From contig CAXXSM010000025.1 of NCBI GenBank assembly GCA_963663405.2, positions 1 to 64,000 of the forward strand: a stretch of 64,000 nucleotides of DNA, read 5' to 3'. The notes under the pieces are model-generated. The model searched no databases and was not told the origin of the DNA. It worked only from the letters and a program-made list of their open reading frames with translations. Made by a program: the position numbers and the translations under genes. Of this stretch, positions 53,610 through 64,000 are shown piece by piece. Position 1 is the stretch's first letter, and each line of letters starts with the position of its first letter. Source of the DNA: a bacterium (GTDB lineage: Bacteria > Hinthialibacterota > Hinthialibacteria > Hinthialibacterales > Hinthialibacteraceae).

Positions 53610-53796
53610 TCTTCGCTTGCCCACCAGCGTCGTCAATCCATAGGGTGAAATGACGCTCTCTCTAAAAAAAATAAAACCATCTTTCATTACAACGTAAAAT
53701 GAATTAAAATACCTGTAACTTCCGGTAGGAACTCGTTTCCTGGTGTCTGTATGTATAGTCATCCGGATTATAAACCAATTGATTGAAGAAACCGCG

Positions 53797-54360
53797 ATGG
53801 GGATTCTTTCACAAGAAGAAATAGACGCGTTGCTCAACGCGAGTATTGGCGGAGATTCAGAAGAACCGGAGGAACCGGAGTCTTTTATCCCTGAACCTTC
53901 CACTTCGAAGCCTGAGCCAGAACCGGTTGTCCATGACGCGCCCCCTGCGTTCTCCACGAATTTTTCCCAACCTGAAGTAAGTGAGACGCCTCCTCCTATC
54001 AGAAAATCCGTTCTACGCCGTTCTCCGAAGGTCGATGGAAGCATTCAAGTTCAACCCGCTGTTTTCCCTCATTTCGATTCGATGGATGAACCGGATGATA
54101 CGACGAACCTGGAAGTGATTTTGAATCTCAATTTGGAAATCCGCGTTGAATTGGGTAAAACAATAAAAAGCGTACAGGATGTATTAGCGTATGGATCCGG
54201 CTCAGTGATCGAACTGCAAAAACTGAATGGAGAACCAGTTGATCTTCATGTGAATAACAAGAATTTCGCACGGGGGGAGATGATCGTGATCGGTGAAAAT
54301 TTCGGTGTTCGAGTGACGGATATCTTGTCTATCCAAGAAATTATCGAAGCCTTGCGCTAA
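53797..54360 (+). CDS. fliN: Flagellar switch FliN/FliY-type protein
   Basis: LSQEEIDALL N-terminus; SpoA domain RVELGKT..GSVIEL..GEPVD..ENFGVRVT. Confidence 0.85.
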   Translation: MGILSQEEIDALLNASIGGDSEEPEEPESFIPEPSTSKPEPEPVVHDAPPAFSTNFSQPEVSETPPPIRKSVLRRSPKVDGSIQVQPAVFPHFDSMDEPDDTTNLEVILNLNLEIRVELGKTIKSVQDVLAYGSGSVIELQKLNGEPVDLHVNNKNFARGEMIVIGENFGVRVTDILSIQEIIEALR

Positions 54361-54493
54361 AATCACTCCCTCACAGTAAAATAATGACATCTCCCTTATC
54401 AAATGAATCGGAATACAATATCGATAAGAGACGAAACAGGAAGGCGTTCTAGACCACTGTTTCTATTCATTACATATACAAAAGGAGTCTATC

Positions 54494-55075
54494 GTGGGAG
54501 CGAAAAAGATTTTACTACTGGCCGGTGATTTTGTGGAAGATTACGAGATCATGGTTCCGTTTCAGGCGTTGTTAATGGTAGGGCATACCGTCCACGCCGT
54601 TTGTCCGGATAAAAAAAGCGGCGATCAAATCCGGACCGCGATCCATGATTTTGAAGGCGATCAAACTTACTCGGAAAAGCCCGGTCATAATTTCACCCTA
54701 AACGCCACCTTCGCAATGGTCAATCCAGAAGAATACGACGCCCTATTGATTCCAGGCGGCCGGGCGCCGGAATACCTTCGTTTAAATGATTCGGTCATCC
54801 AAATCGTTAAACATTTTGCGGAAGCGAGAAAACCTATCGCCGCGATCTGTCATGGGCCTCAGCTCCTCGTTGCGGCGGGAATTCTATCCGGCAAAAGCTG
54901 TTCCTGTTATCCTGCCGTGGCACCGGACATCACCGCTTCGGGAGGCAGTTACACGGAGATTCCGTTGGATCAAGCGCACGTGGATGGTAACTTAGTCACC
55001 GCTCCCGCCTGGCCCGCCCATCCCGATTGGCTGGCGAAATTCTTGAAGATCCTGGGCACAACGATCGAACCATAA
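54494..55075 (+). CDS. DJ-1/PfpI family protein
   Basis: [25 protein letters not shown]. Confidence 0.93.
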   Translation: MGAKKILLLAGDFVEDYEIMVPFQALLMVGHTVHAVCPDKKSGDQIRTAIHDFEGDQTYSEKPGHNFTLNATFAMVNPEEYDALLIPGGRAPEYLRLNDSVIQIVKHFAEARKPIAAICHGPQLLVAAGILSGKSCSCYPAVAPDITASGGSYTEIPLDQAHVDGNLVTAPAWPAHPDWLAKFLKILGTTIEP

Positions 55076-55193
55076 AACACCCGCTGAAGACAACTAAAGT
55101 CATTCACTTTATCCTCATCTCTGTTACAATCGAAATTCTGACTCGTTTCTTGAGAACATACCCATTATTAATCATCTTATTTGGAGGATATAC

Positions 55194-56270
55194 ATGAGTA
55201 AAACATTAGTTCGTTCCCGCGCGCCGGTTCGCATCGACTTCGCCGGTGGTTGGACCGATGTTGCAGAATTCTGTCAGAACACACCGGGATATGTTGTTAA
55301 TGCGGGGATAAATATTTATTCGTTTGTCACAATTACGGAAGATTCGATCCTGGATAATAAGGGCATTCTACCATTACGGGAACGAAGATCCGATCCCAAA
55401 AAGGGGATTACACTCTACTCCAGCGATTTCGATTCCTATGCGCAGGCGGAAACATTCCGGGAATTTGAATACGATGGAAACATCGATCTCGTCAAAGCCG
55501 CAGTGCGTCGGCGGGGGGTGGAAAAAGGATTTACACTGATCACTCAATCCATCGCGCCTCCCGGCAGTGGACTGGGCACATCCGCATCAATGGGAGTCGC
55601 CCTTCTCGCCGCTTTAAACCGGTACACGGGACGGCACAGCCTCGCGTACGAACTGGCGGAGGAAGCAAGCTCCATTGAACGGGAAGAATTGAATATCCTG
55701 GGTGGCAAACAGGATCACTATGCGGGCGCTCTTGGTGGAATATCGTTTATGGAATTCCGCGGAGAAGAAGTACGCTCTTCCAGCCTGGATGTTTCCCGCG
55801 CGGTTGTTCTGGAATTAGAGAAAAACCTGGTTCTCTGTTACACCGGAAAATCGCGTCTTTCAGGCGAAGTGCATGCGCGAGTACAGGAACGGTTTAAAAA
55901 CAACGATCCCAACACCGTCGGCGCGATCGAAGAGATGAAAGAAATCGCCGCGTCGATGAAAGACGCTCTCCTCGATGAAAACGTAGACGCTTTTGGCAAA
56001 CTGCTGAACCGCAATTGGAAATGCCAGAAAAGCCTTCATCCATCCGTCACGAACGATCAAATTGAATCCATCTTCCAAACCGCCTTGGACAACGGCGCGA
56101 TTGGCGGGAAAGCGTGCGGCGCCGGGGGCGGCGGCTGTATTCTTTTCTATTGCCGGCCAGAGCGCGAACATCAAGTGCGCCGGGCGATTCAGAACGAAGG
56201 CGCAGATATCATTGACTTTAACATCGATTTCTTTGGCGCGGAGAGCTGGACCGTGCAGGAGCATGATTGA
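55194..56270 (+). CDS. GHMP kinase (HddA/sugar-kinase-like)
   Basis: APVRIDFAGGWTD, PPGSGLGTS, GGKQD, GAGGGG. Confidence 0.88.
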   Translation: MSKTLVRSRAPVRIDFAGGWTDVAEFCQNTPGYVVNAGINIYSFVTITEDSILDNKGILPLRERRSDPKKGITLYSSDFDSYAQAETFREFEYDGNIDLVKAAVRRRGVEKGFTLITQSIAPPGSGLGTSASMGVALLAALNRYTGRHSLAYELAEEASSIEREELNILGGKQDHYAGALGGISFMEFRGEEVRSSSLDVSRAVVLELEKNLVLCYTGKSRLSGEVHARVQERFKNNDPNTVGAIEEMKEIAASMKDALLDENVDAFGKLLNRNWKCQKSLHPSVTNDQIESIFQTALDNGAIGGKACGAGGGGCILFYCRPEREHQVRRAIQNEGADIIDFNIDFFGAESWTVQEHD

Positions 56271-56274
56271 CGGA

Positions 56275-57012
56275 CTACTTCGCATTCCTGCGTGGTTTTA
56301 TAGTATAGAGGATAAACTGGAGATTCCCGATCAGATACCGCTTCCATAACCGGCGTGGTTCTAAATAGAGACGGTGCAGCCATTCCAATCCTATCCGGCG
56401 CATCCATACCGGCGCTCGCCGGTTTTTTCCTGAATAAAAATCAAACAAACCTCCCACGCCCATCGCTGCTTTCACATTACACGATTCGAGATGTTTGGCG
56501 ATCCATAATTCTTGACGCGGAACGCCCATCGCGATAAGCAGCAGATCCGTTTTGGATTCGCGGATGCGCTCTAGGATCTGTGTGGTTTCCTCTGGTTGAA
56601 AAAAACCATGCTGTGTTCCACAGAAGGTCAATCCAGGATATTTCATTTCCATTTGCTGTTTCATTTCATCCGCGATTCCTGGTTCACCGCCGAGGAGAAA
56701 GATTCTTTTGCCTGTTCGTTGCAACGCTTCGCAAAGACGGGGAAACAGATCGGTTCCATTGACGTTATCCACGAGAGGCGTTCCCTGCCAACTCGCCGCC
56801 AACCGCACGCCGATTCCATCACCGAATACATACGTTGCGTTCCGCAGCGCATCACGGTAGGCCGTATTTTCCCGCGCAATGTTAACGCAGTGCGCGTTCA
56901 AGAAAAAGATCGCTGAAGGTGTTTCCCCCTCTAGACATTCGAGCGCGATATCAACCGCCTGTTCCAATGTCACATTGCATAGAGGAATCTTAAATAGTGT
57001 GACTGTGTTCAT
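56275..57012 (-). CDS. WecB/TagA/CpsF glycosyltransferase
   Basis: DGIGV, NGTDL, MGVPRQE, GVGGLFDF, RAPVWM..GLEW. Confidence 0.93.
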   Translation of the reverse strand: MNTVTLFKIPLCNVTLEQAVDIALECLEGETPSAIFFLNAHCVNIARENTAYRDALRNATYVFGDGIGVRLAASWQGTPLVDNVNGTDLFPRLCEALQRTGKRIFLLGGEPGIADEMKQQMEMKYPGLTFCGTQHGFFQPEETTQILERIRESKTDLLLIAMGVPRQELWIAKHLESCNVKAAMGVGGLFDFYSGKNRRAPVWMRRIGLEWLHRLYLEPRRLWKRYLIGNLQFILYTIKPRRNAK

Positions 57013-58211
57013 GATGATGGGTGAAGATTCCTTAACGTATTGAACAGGATAGAGACCGCGGCGCCTGGCTGATGCGGTTCAACCGCCTTCACGCATTGTT
57101 CCCCTGCATAGCGTATTGGATTTCGTAAGACTTCACAGGTTGTATCCGCGATGGACGCAGGGGAATAGTCCGTCACAATCTCACCGGTTTCGCCGGGTAT
57201 AATCATTGAAGCTACCTCACCCGTGTCTGTTGAGACAACCGGCAGCCCACAGGCCAGCGCTTCTAAAATAATGATAGGCATTCCTTCAAAACGCGAAGTG
57301 AGAAGCAGCAAGCGGCTGATCCGCATGAGATCAGCCAAATCATTAGGGGGCTGTTTCCCCAAATAATGTACATAGTGATCGATTGCCAGCCGTTGAATTC
57401 GCTCTTTCATCTGGGGCCACAATCCTCCTTCCCCAACGAGAAGAAGCCGCGCGTCTGGTTCCTGTTTCACGATCAATGCGAACGACTCAAGCGCGAGCAA
57501 AGGATCTTTCTGCTTTTCAAAACGTCCGGCGAAGAGGATACATTTTAATTTTGGATCGAGGCGCCATCGCTCGTTGAAGTCATGAAGAATATTCGATCGT
57601 GTTTCTAAAGACACGGGAAAGAACACTTCTGGATTGTACCAGGTCGGCAGAAAAGAGATGGTGTCTTTTTTGGATGGATATTGGTGTTTGAGAAATTCGC
57701 TTCCCTCCCGGTTGACGACGTAAATCTGATGGGCTTTCGTGACAGCTCGCGCTTCCACCCAGCGGTACACCCAAGGAATGTGACGCCACCGCACCTCCGA
57801 ATACTGTCCGGTCATCTCCCGTGGATCTCCATGAATGAATAGCGCGTTGGCGAGTGAATCCGGCGGCCCAACGGCCAACGGTTCTACGCGGTGGTAGAGA
57901 ACGACTGCGTCTGTAAGAGAAAGCCTCCGCCTTTGCAACGCGATTGAAAAACGAAGGAACAGCGGAATTCGTCTCCGCCGATTAGGATCGTCTTCTTCCA
58001 TGATAGGGAAGAACGAAACGGTTTTCCCTTCAAATGATAGATCATGCCATTCTCCGGATGGACGGGAACTTGAATCTTCCGTAACGCCAATGACTGAGAG
58101 GCGGTCTTCGGCGGGCGCGTATTGAAGTGTGGACCGGATCAAGGTTTCGATCCCGCCGATTTTAGTTCCCCACGGATCAAACGGGTGAACGGTTGCGATA
58201 TGATAGGTCAT
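57009..58211 (-). CDS. GT4 glycosyltransferase
   Basis: FAGRFEKQKD, SRFEGMPIIILEALACGLPVV. Confidence 0.92.
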   Translation of the reverse strand: MTYHIATVHPFDPWGTKIGGIETLIRSTLQYAPAEDRLSVIGVTEDSSSRPSGEWHDLSFEGKTVSFFPIMEEDDPNRRRRIPLFLRFSIALQRRRLSLTDAVVLYHRVEPLAVGPPDSLANALFIHGDPREMTGQYSEVRWRHIPWVYRWVEARAVTKAHQIYVVNREGSEFLKHQYPSKKDTISFLPTWYNPEVFFPVSLETRSNILHDFNERWRLDPKLKCILFAGRFEKQKDPLLALESFALIVKQEPDARLLLVGEGGLWPQMKERIQRLAIDHYVHYLGKQPPNDLADLMRISRLLLLTSRFEGMPIIILEALACGLPVVSTDTGEVASMIIPGETGEIVTDYSPASIADTTCEVLRNPIRYAGEQCVKAVEPHQPGAAVSILFNTLRNLHPSS

Positions 58212-59477
58212 GAAGGAGCCTCAACCGGCGGCGGTTCTCGTTGATCTTTATAACATGCGGCGGCGGCGAAGACCGCCCATAGGCAATACTGATAGGCGGT
58301 TGCGGTGATTAGATTGTCATTGAAACTCCCCGCGATCCAAGACGCGTAGATCGCTAAAGTCACTAGAATAAAATGACGCGCTGTTGGATCACCCATGCGC
58401 CGGAACGCTTTCCATAAAATGACGCCTACTCCAACAACCAACGCTAAAAATAGTGGCAGCCCCACGGCTCCCGTCTCCGTCAAGTACCGGACGTAATCAT
58501 TATGTGGATCGGAACCAACTCCCCGTGGATTCAGCATGGGATTCACGCGCGGACAGCTGGCAAGCCCATGACCAAACCAAGGGCTTTCAAGCCATGTTCG
58601 ATATAAAAACCGCCAGTTCAACAATCGCCATGTTAAGGAAGAGGTCTCCCGGCCTGTGCGCTCGATCTCATCCAACCGGTCGACGCTGGCTACTTCGAGA
58701 ATGCGCTGACGGCCTGTGGAGGTTGATAAGAAACCGATGATAAAGAGCAATAATGCCGCGAATACGATACGGCGGATGGTCTTGTTCTCTCCAATGGCGC
58801 AGATCAGAACAAGAATACCGAACATCCCGGCGCCGGTGAAACTGTATGTCGCTAACAAAAGAATAAACAAAGCGATCAGCGGCAAATGTCCAGGACGCCT
58901 TCCGATCCGTCCAACGCCACTGCCAATAAGCCAATCCGATCAGCAGGACGATATAAAACGAAAACGGATTCGGATGTACAAAGGTTCCCATGATCCGGTG
59001 GGCATCTTTGATCATAGCGCCTTGGTGAAAGGCGATCTGGTATACGCCCACGATCGCAGGGACGATCGCGGAGATCAATATATAATTGAGAATCGTCTTC
59101 ACCTGTCCCCGGTCAGCAAGTGATGAGAGAATGATGACGATCGGGAGATACGAAAAAAGCCGGATCCATTCCCGCGCCCCGGCGATGCGTTCTGTCCCAT
59201 GCTGGATCACGGGAAGAAACGCCCAGGGAGCCAGCAGGAAAATCCATGCGCCAAGCAGCAGTGTAAGTGGGGCCAACAACGCGCGCTTCCGTGTCTCGTT
59301 ATCAACGGCCGCAATCCAAATCGCTCCACCTGCGATCAAGAATAAACTCAACAGCGAGGCGGGATTGAATTTCAACGCGCCCAAACCCGCCATGTTTGTC
59401 AATAAATCCAGCGAAGGGCGAATGGCCAGCAAAATGAGGATCGTTTTTTCGATTGTCCGGCAAAGGCTGGTTTTCAT
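58208..59477 (-). CDS. O-antigen ligase/Wzy-like membrane protein (frameshift ~58885)
   Basis: RIMGTFVHPN, TYS, SLTWR..W, PWFGHG, PHNDYVRYLTETG. Confidence 0.85.
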
Positions 59478-60626
59478 AGCAGTTCCCTCAAGATCGCTTC
59501 CGCTTTCTCGACAGTGATCTCTCGTGGATTGCCGGACATGCTGTTTCCCATTGACATTTTCGCTAGAAGCGGGATTTCTTCGGTTTGAATCGGAAGCGTC
59601 TTCAGATCGGATGGTATGTTAAATTCCCGTGTCAACGCTTCTACTTCATATATCACCCGGTTGGCTAGTTCTTCCAGTGTAAGTTCGTCTCCGGGCGTCA
59701 GGAACTTTCCAATCCGCGCTAGTTTCTCTAGAGACACGTCCCGGTTGTATTGCATCGCATAGGGCAGAAGAATCGCGCAGGCTTTCCCATGTGGGATATC
59801 GTAGAGCGCGCCGAGTCCGGCGGCGAATCCATGCGCCATACCTAAGCCCGCGTTAGCTAGACATACACCACTCAAAGCGCTGGCGAGCGACATCTCTTCA
59901 CGCCGTTCCAGATCGGAGCTGTTTGTATAAACGCCACGGATCGAGCGGAGCGCCATCTCAATCCCACACAGCGCAAGCGCATCCGTAAGAGGGGCGCTTT
60001 TGCGGGAGAGGTAGGATTCTATCAATTGGGTTATGGCGTCCATCCCGCTGAAGGCAGTTTGCTGGGGGGGAAGGGAAACTGTCAATTCGGCGTCGAGAAT
60101 CGCGGCGGATGGATAGAGATAGGGGCTGCGGAAACTTTTTTTTGAACCGCCCTTCTGTCGATCGAATCACGGCGTTGCGAGTCATTTCCGCGCCCGTTCC
60201 CGCCGTAGTGGGGATCGCAATATGAGGAAGCGCTGGTTTTGTGACGGGCCTGCCGCTCCCCACACCCTCCAAGTAATCTTCAATCCCCACACCGTTCGTT
60301 ACTAAGCCCGCCACGGCTTTCGCGAGATCGATCACCGATCCCCCGCCAAGAGAGACCACTGCGGAGCAACCCGCTTGCAGAGCTACTTCCGCCGCTTGAT
60401 CTGTCATGGAGACGGTTGGCTCGCCCGGTGGTTTGATATAAGGAACAGGATCTTTCTGATGGGATTGGAGAACTTTGCAAAGCCGTTCCAAAATTCCACT
60501 CGTTTCCGCCGACCTCCCAGCAACGACGAAAACCTTTTTACCCGCGCCCTCCAAAAGCCCGCCGGCTTCCGCGATCTTCCCCCGGCCCACAATCAACCGC
60601 GTTGGCGAATAATATTGAAAATCCAT
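59474..60626 (-). CDS. Iron-containing alcohol dehydrogenase (frameshift in A-run ~60140)
   Basis: GGGSVIDLAK, PTTAGTGAE, GMDAITQ, GMAHG, PHG. Confidence 0.9.
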
Positions 60627-61085
60627 CGGTCATTGATCCTCTGCATGAATTCATTCTTCCATTCTATTCTCTATGAATCGGAGGGAATAGAAAAGATGGA
60701 AGCGCCAGGAATCTGAATTTATGATTTGATTAGGATTCTCTTTCGCTTTAAAATAACTTGGGTTCTATACAAAAATATTTGGGCCTTTCTTTTTTGAATC
60801 TAGATTTTTGCGCCTCATTCCTTTAAATTACAACAGACTCGGAGTTACGCGGATTTCACAGGATATTATCCTTGGTTATCATACTTTTTCAGTGGAATCC
60901 GTGATGCAAAAAGGTCAGAACATATTTTGTAAACCCTGTGTCTCATGACGGTTCCGGTCAACGAGGAGAGCCGATTTCGGCATTATTCATTTTTTATTCC
61001 CTCGAACCGGAAGCGGATTCTCCCAGCGAAGCGCGCGCAGGGGAATCGCCTTCTTCATTCACCTAGGAAAGGAGGTGAAACCAAA

Positions 61086-61694
61086 ATGAAGAGACACAGT
61101 GGGTTTACATTAATCGAACTGCTTATAGTCGCCGCGATTATAGGAATTCTGACAGCGGTTGCTTTACCGAATTTCTTAAACGCGCAAATCCGGGCGAAAA
61201 CCACCTGCGCTGAAACGGAAATCAAGAACATCAGGGCGGCGTTGGAATCGTTTTTCATTGATCATGGCTCTTATCCACCGATGGATACCGACCGCCGCAG
61301 AAGCCGAATGCATATTGGATGCGAAAGGTCTTTCTGTGGCTGCGCGATCATCAATAAGGCGTACCTTATGACTGATGTGCGGGGAGAACGAATCTATTTA
61401 ACAACGCCAGTTGCGTATATATCATCGCTGCCAAATGATCCCTTCCGGCCTGATTGTGGATATGGTTACGGCTCGAATGGTCAGAGTTACTACATTCTGA
61501 CCAGTTGGGGACCGGATATGCAGGATGGCGCCGGAGAGGAACTGAACGAGCGCGAATACACCGGCGCCAGTTTCGGAGACCATGAAGAGGCCATTGTTCG
61601 AACGCCGTCGTTTACACTTACTTTTTCACAAGCGTTATACAATCCCTCAAATGGAACCAGTAGCGCAGGTGACATCATTCGAGCCGGTCCATAA
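61086..61694 (+). CDS. Prepilin-type N-terminal cleavage/methylation (GspG-like) protein
   Basis: SG|FTLIELLIVAAIIGILTAVALPNFLNAQIRAK; AAGGAGG RBS. Confidence 0.9.
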   Translation: MKRHSGFTLIELLIVAAIIGILTAVALPNFLNAQIRAKTTCAETEIKNIRAALESFFIDHGSYPPMDTDRRRSRMHIGCERSFCGCAIINKAYLMTDVRGERIYLTTPVAYISSLPNDPFRPDCGYGYGSNGQSYYILTSWGPDMQDGAGEELNEREYTGASFGDHEEAIVRTPSFTLTFSQALYNPSNGTSSAGDIIRAGP

Positions 61695-61939
61695 GACGGA
61701 GTAACCAGATGAATTGAAAAAGGATTACCGTGATGGGGGAGATTTCTTCCCCCATCTTTCATTCTCTCTTCCGTAAGTCTCCGCATACGATCTTTCCGCT
61801 CTCCGATCATTTTAATCCGCCATCGGCATTGAGCGAATATTCTCTCTTCGTTAAGATATCGTTACCCTATTATTCTATGGTAATTTAAGAAACGGATGGG
61901 ACGGCTGTCCGTTTGACTATACCAGGATGGAGAAAACCA

Positions 61940-63054
61940 ATGGCTTCCAAAGATGAACTCAAACCAATGATAGAGCGCCCCATCTACCTGGCGCCGAACA
62001 CGTATCTGCATTTTTACAACGGCGGAAAACTGCGCGCCAAATTTATGGGAGAACCGGATCCCCAAGACGATTTCCGGTCTGAAGAATGGATCTTCTCAAC
62101 CAACCGGGCGGTCACGCCGGGACGGGACAATCCAGTCGATAAAGGGCAAAGCCGGGTTGAATTACCCAGCGGGGAAATTATTTTACTTCAAGATATTCTT
62201 AAAAGTTTTCCGGAAGAGACACTCGGCGCAAAACACTTTGAGAAATACGGACCTTACCTCGGTGTCTTATTTAAAATCTTTGACGTAGGCGACAATGCGC
62301 ATATTCCCGTTCACTGGCACCCCTCCCCGGCGTTTTCATCCAAATACCTGAATTCCCCCTTTGGAAAGAATGAAGCCTGGATCGTGATTGACACTCGTCC
62401 AGGCGCCAAAGCATGGGTAGGTTTTAAGGAAGACATCGACAAAGAAGATTTCAAAAAATGGATGTACGCGCAGGATGTCGAAGAGATGCGCAAACACATG
62501 CATGTGATCGAACCGAAACCGCGCGATGTGATCTATCTCAATGATGGCTGGGTTCACTCTCTCGGCGCGGGACTCTGTATTCTCGAACCCCAGGAACCGA
62601 CCGATTGGAATATCCTCGCGGAATGGAAGAATATCCCTATGAAAAAGAAGACGCCGCCTGCGGGCTGGATTGGGACACCGGACTGGAAGCCGCCCGCTTT
62701 GAAAAAATGCCGGAAGATTATCTAAATAATTTTGTCAAACGCACTCCTAAAGTGATTCGCGAACAGAACGGCAGTGTAGAAGAGCAGTTGGTTCCCGATG
62801 AAGCGAAAAAATACTTCTGGGTGACACGGCTGATCGTTGGTTCTGAGTTGGATATGCCGGAAGGTCAGGGATTCCACTGCCTCGCGCCACTGCAGGGAGA
62901 AGGTATCATTCGCGGCCCGTTCGGCGATGTAGAAATTCGCAAAAGCCGGTCGGTCTTTATGCCCACCAGCCTGCCGGGATACAAGATTATCAATACAAGC
63001 GCGAGTGGTGAAAAACTTGAAATCATCACTTGCTATCCACCGGAATTGGCGTAA
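61940..63054 (+). CDS. Type I phosphomannose-isomerase-like cupin (frameshift ~62630)
   Basis: EEWI, LFKIFD, PVHWHP, GKNEAW, GWVHSLG, EPQEPTD. Confidence 0.75.
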
Positions 63055-63120
63055 ACGTTTCACGAACACTTAACCAACGGCACTGATAAACAATCTACGC
63101 ATAGGAAGGATGGAACGATT

Positions 63121-64000
63121 ATGGTGAAGAAACTCTCTATTGGCTCGTGGGCGTATGCGTTCGGACCGTATGAATCCAACCCGATTCCTTTTGATAAAGT
63201 CGTCCGTCAATTAGGGGCGTATGGATTTGATGGAGTCGAGATCGGCGCGTTCCGGCCTCATATTCATCCTGAAGATTATCCCATGAAAGCCGACCGGGAT
63301 AAAATCAAGAATCTGATCCGCGCCAACGGCCTCGAAGTGTCAGGCCTCGCCGCTGATTTCTGGGGCTCGCCCGGTCCGGCGACGGATGAAGCGCAGGTAA
63401 ACGATCTTTACTTCAATCTCTTTAAGAAAAACATTCAACTTTGTCTCGATCTGGGCTCCCCTGTCATCCGGGTGGATACCGTCAGCCCGCCCGAAGGCGT
63501 TCCCGGCGTAGACCGGCAGGCCGCCTGGGACAGAATCGTAAAACTCTGGCGCCAGTGCGCGGGGATCGCGGAAGACAATGGAATCCGGATGTGCTGGGAA
63601 TTCGAACCGGGCTTTATCTTTAATAAACCAAGTGAAGTGGTTCAACTCGTGAAAGAGGTCGATCATCCAAACTTCTCCACGATGTTTGACACTTGCCACG
63701 CCTATATGTGCGCGGTCGTGGGGTCACGTCAACATGGGTCTCAAGAAATCCTTCCCGGCGGCGTCGCCGAGTTTGCTAAGATGCTGAAAGGTCACATCGG
63801 TCACGTGCACCTGATCGATTCCGACGGCACGCTTCACAACGATGAAACCAGCACCCACCGCCCCTTTGGTGAAGGCAAAATCGATTTCGATGAAGTAATC
63901 CCCACCCTGATTGATGACGGTGAATTCACCGGGGACTGGTTCACGATCGATCTCTGTTTCTGGCCCGAAGCGTGGGATGTCACTCGTAACGCGCAGAAGT
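63121..64000 (+). CDS. Sugar-phosphate isomerase/epimerase (xylose-isomerase-like TIM barrel), runs off window
   Basis: Manual translation MVKKLSIGSWAYAFGPY..GFDGVEIG..WEFEPGF..FDTCHA..HVHLIDSDG..H..FGEGKIDF. Confidence 0.85.
   Translation, partial: MVKKLSIGSWAYAFGPYESNPIPFDKVVRQLGAYGFDGVEIGAFRPHIHPEDYPMKADRDKIKNLIRANGLEVSGLAADFWGSPGPATDEAQVNDLYFNLFKKNIQLCLDLGSPVIRVDTVSPPEGVPGVDRQAAWDRIVKLWRQCAGIAEDNGIRMCWEFEPGFIFNKPSEVVQLVKEVDHPNFSTMFDTCHAYMCAVVGSRQHGSQEILPGGVAEFAKMLKGHIGHVHLIDSDGTLHNDETSTHRPFGEGKIDFDEVIPTLIDDGEFTGDWFTIDLCFWPEAWDVTRNAQK

Noticed and set aside
60845-60905. CGGATTTCAC...GTGGAATCCG inverted repeat as a MITE
   Set aside because: Single degenerate copy with no TSD; cannot be supported from this window.

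Overview
Bacterial chromosomal window of about 55 genes. The lineage is probably a diderm candidate phylum, inferred (not proven) to be Ca. Hinthialibacterota/OLB16- or Sumerlaeota-like from the GspG-like 'PNFLNAQ.RAK' prepilins and W-ending secreted proteins. From 5' to 3': thiL end and rpsU; an AT-rich AAA-ATPase + DUF4276/TOPRIM-like pair; an 8-gene solute uptake/catabolism operon ending in hemD; a CotH protein; leuA under a Leu T-box; tRNA-Phe; trpF; a radical SAM protein; a GAF kinase; a CBM9/DOMON gene split by a complete IS1-family element with an 8-bp TSD; a prepilin; an ECF sigma/anti-sigma pair; GT2/GT-C; acyP; a secreted propeller followed by three mosaic WD40-like paralogues; a sigma54-driven Hmc/Tmc-like redox operon with a NrfD-hexaheme fusion; ParDE; a Lys-rich degenerate Nudix; orphan FliN; PfpI; GHMP kinase; polysaccharide genes; Fe-ADH; a second prepilin; PMI-like and sugar-isomerase genes. 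Many genes, including rpsU, carry single-base frameshifts, often in homopolymers, most consistent with long-read assembly error. The most notable signal is a short shared C-terminal tail (roughly small-x-[AV]-x-x-W-x-x-[YF]-COOH) on six signal-peptide proteins from four unrelated families, a candidate undescribed C-terminal sorting signal.
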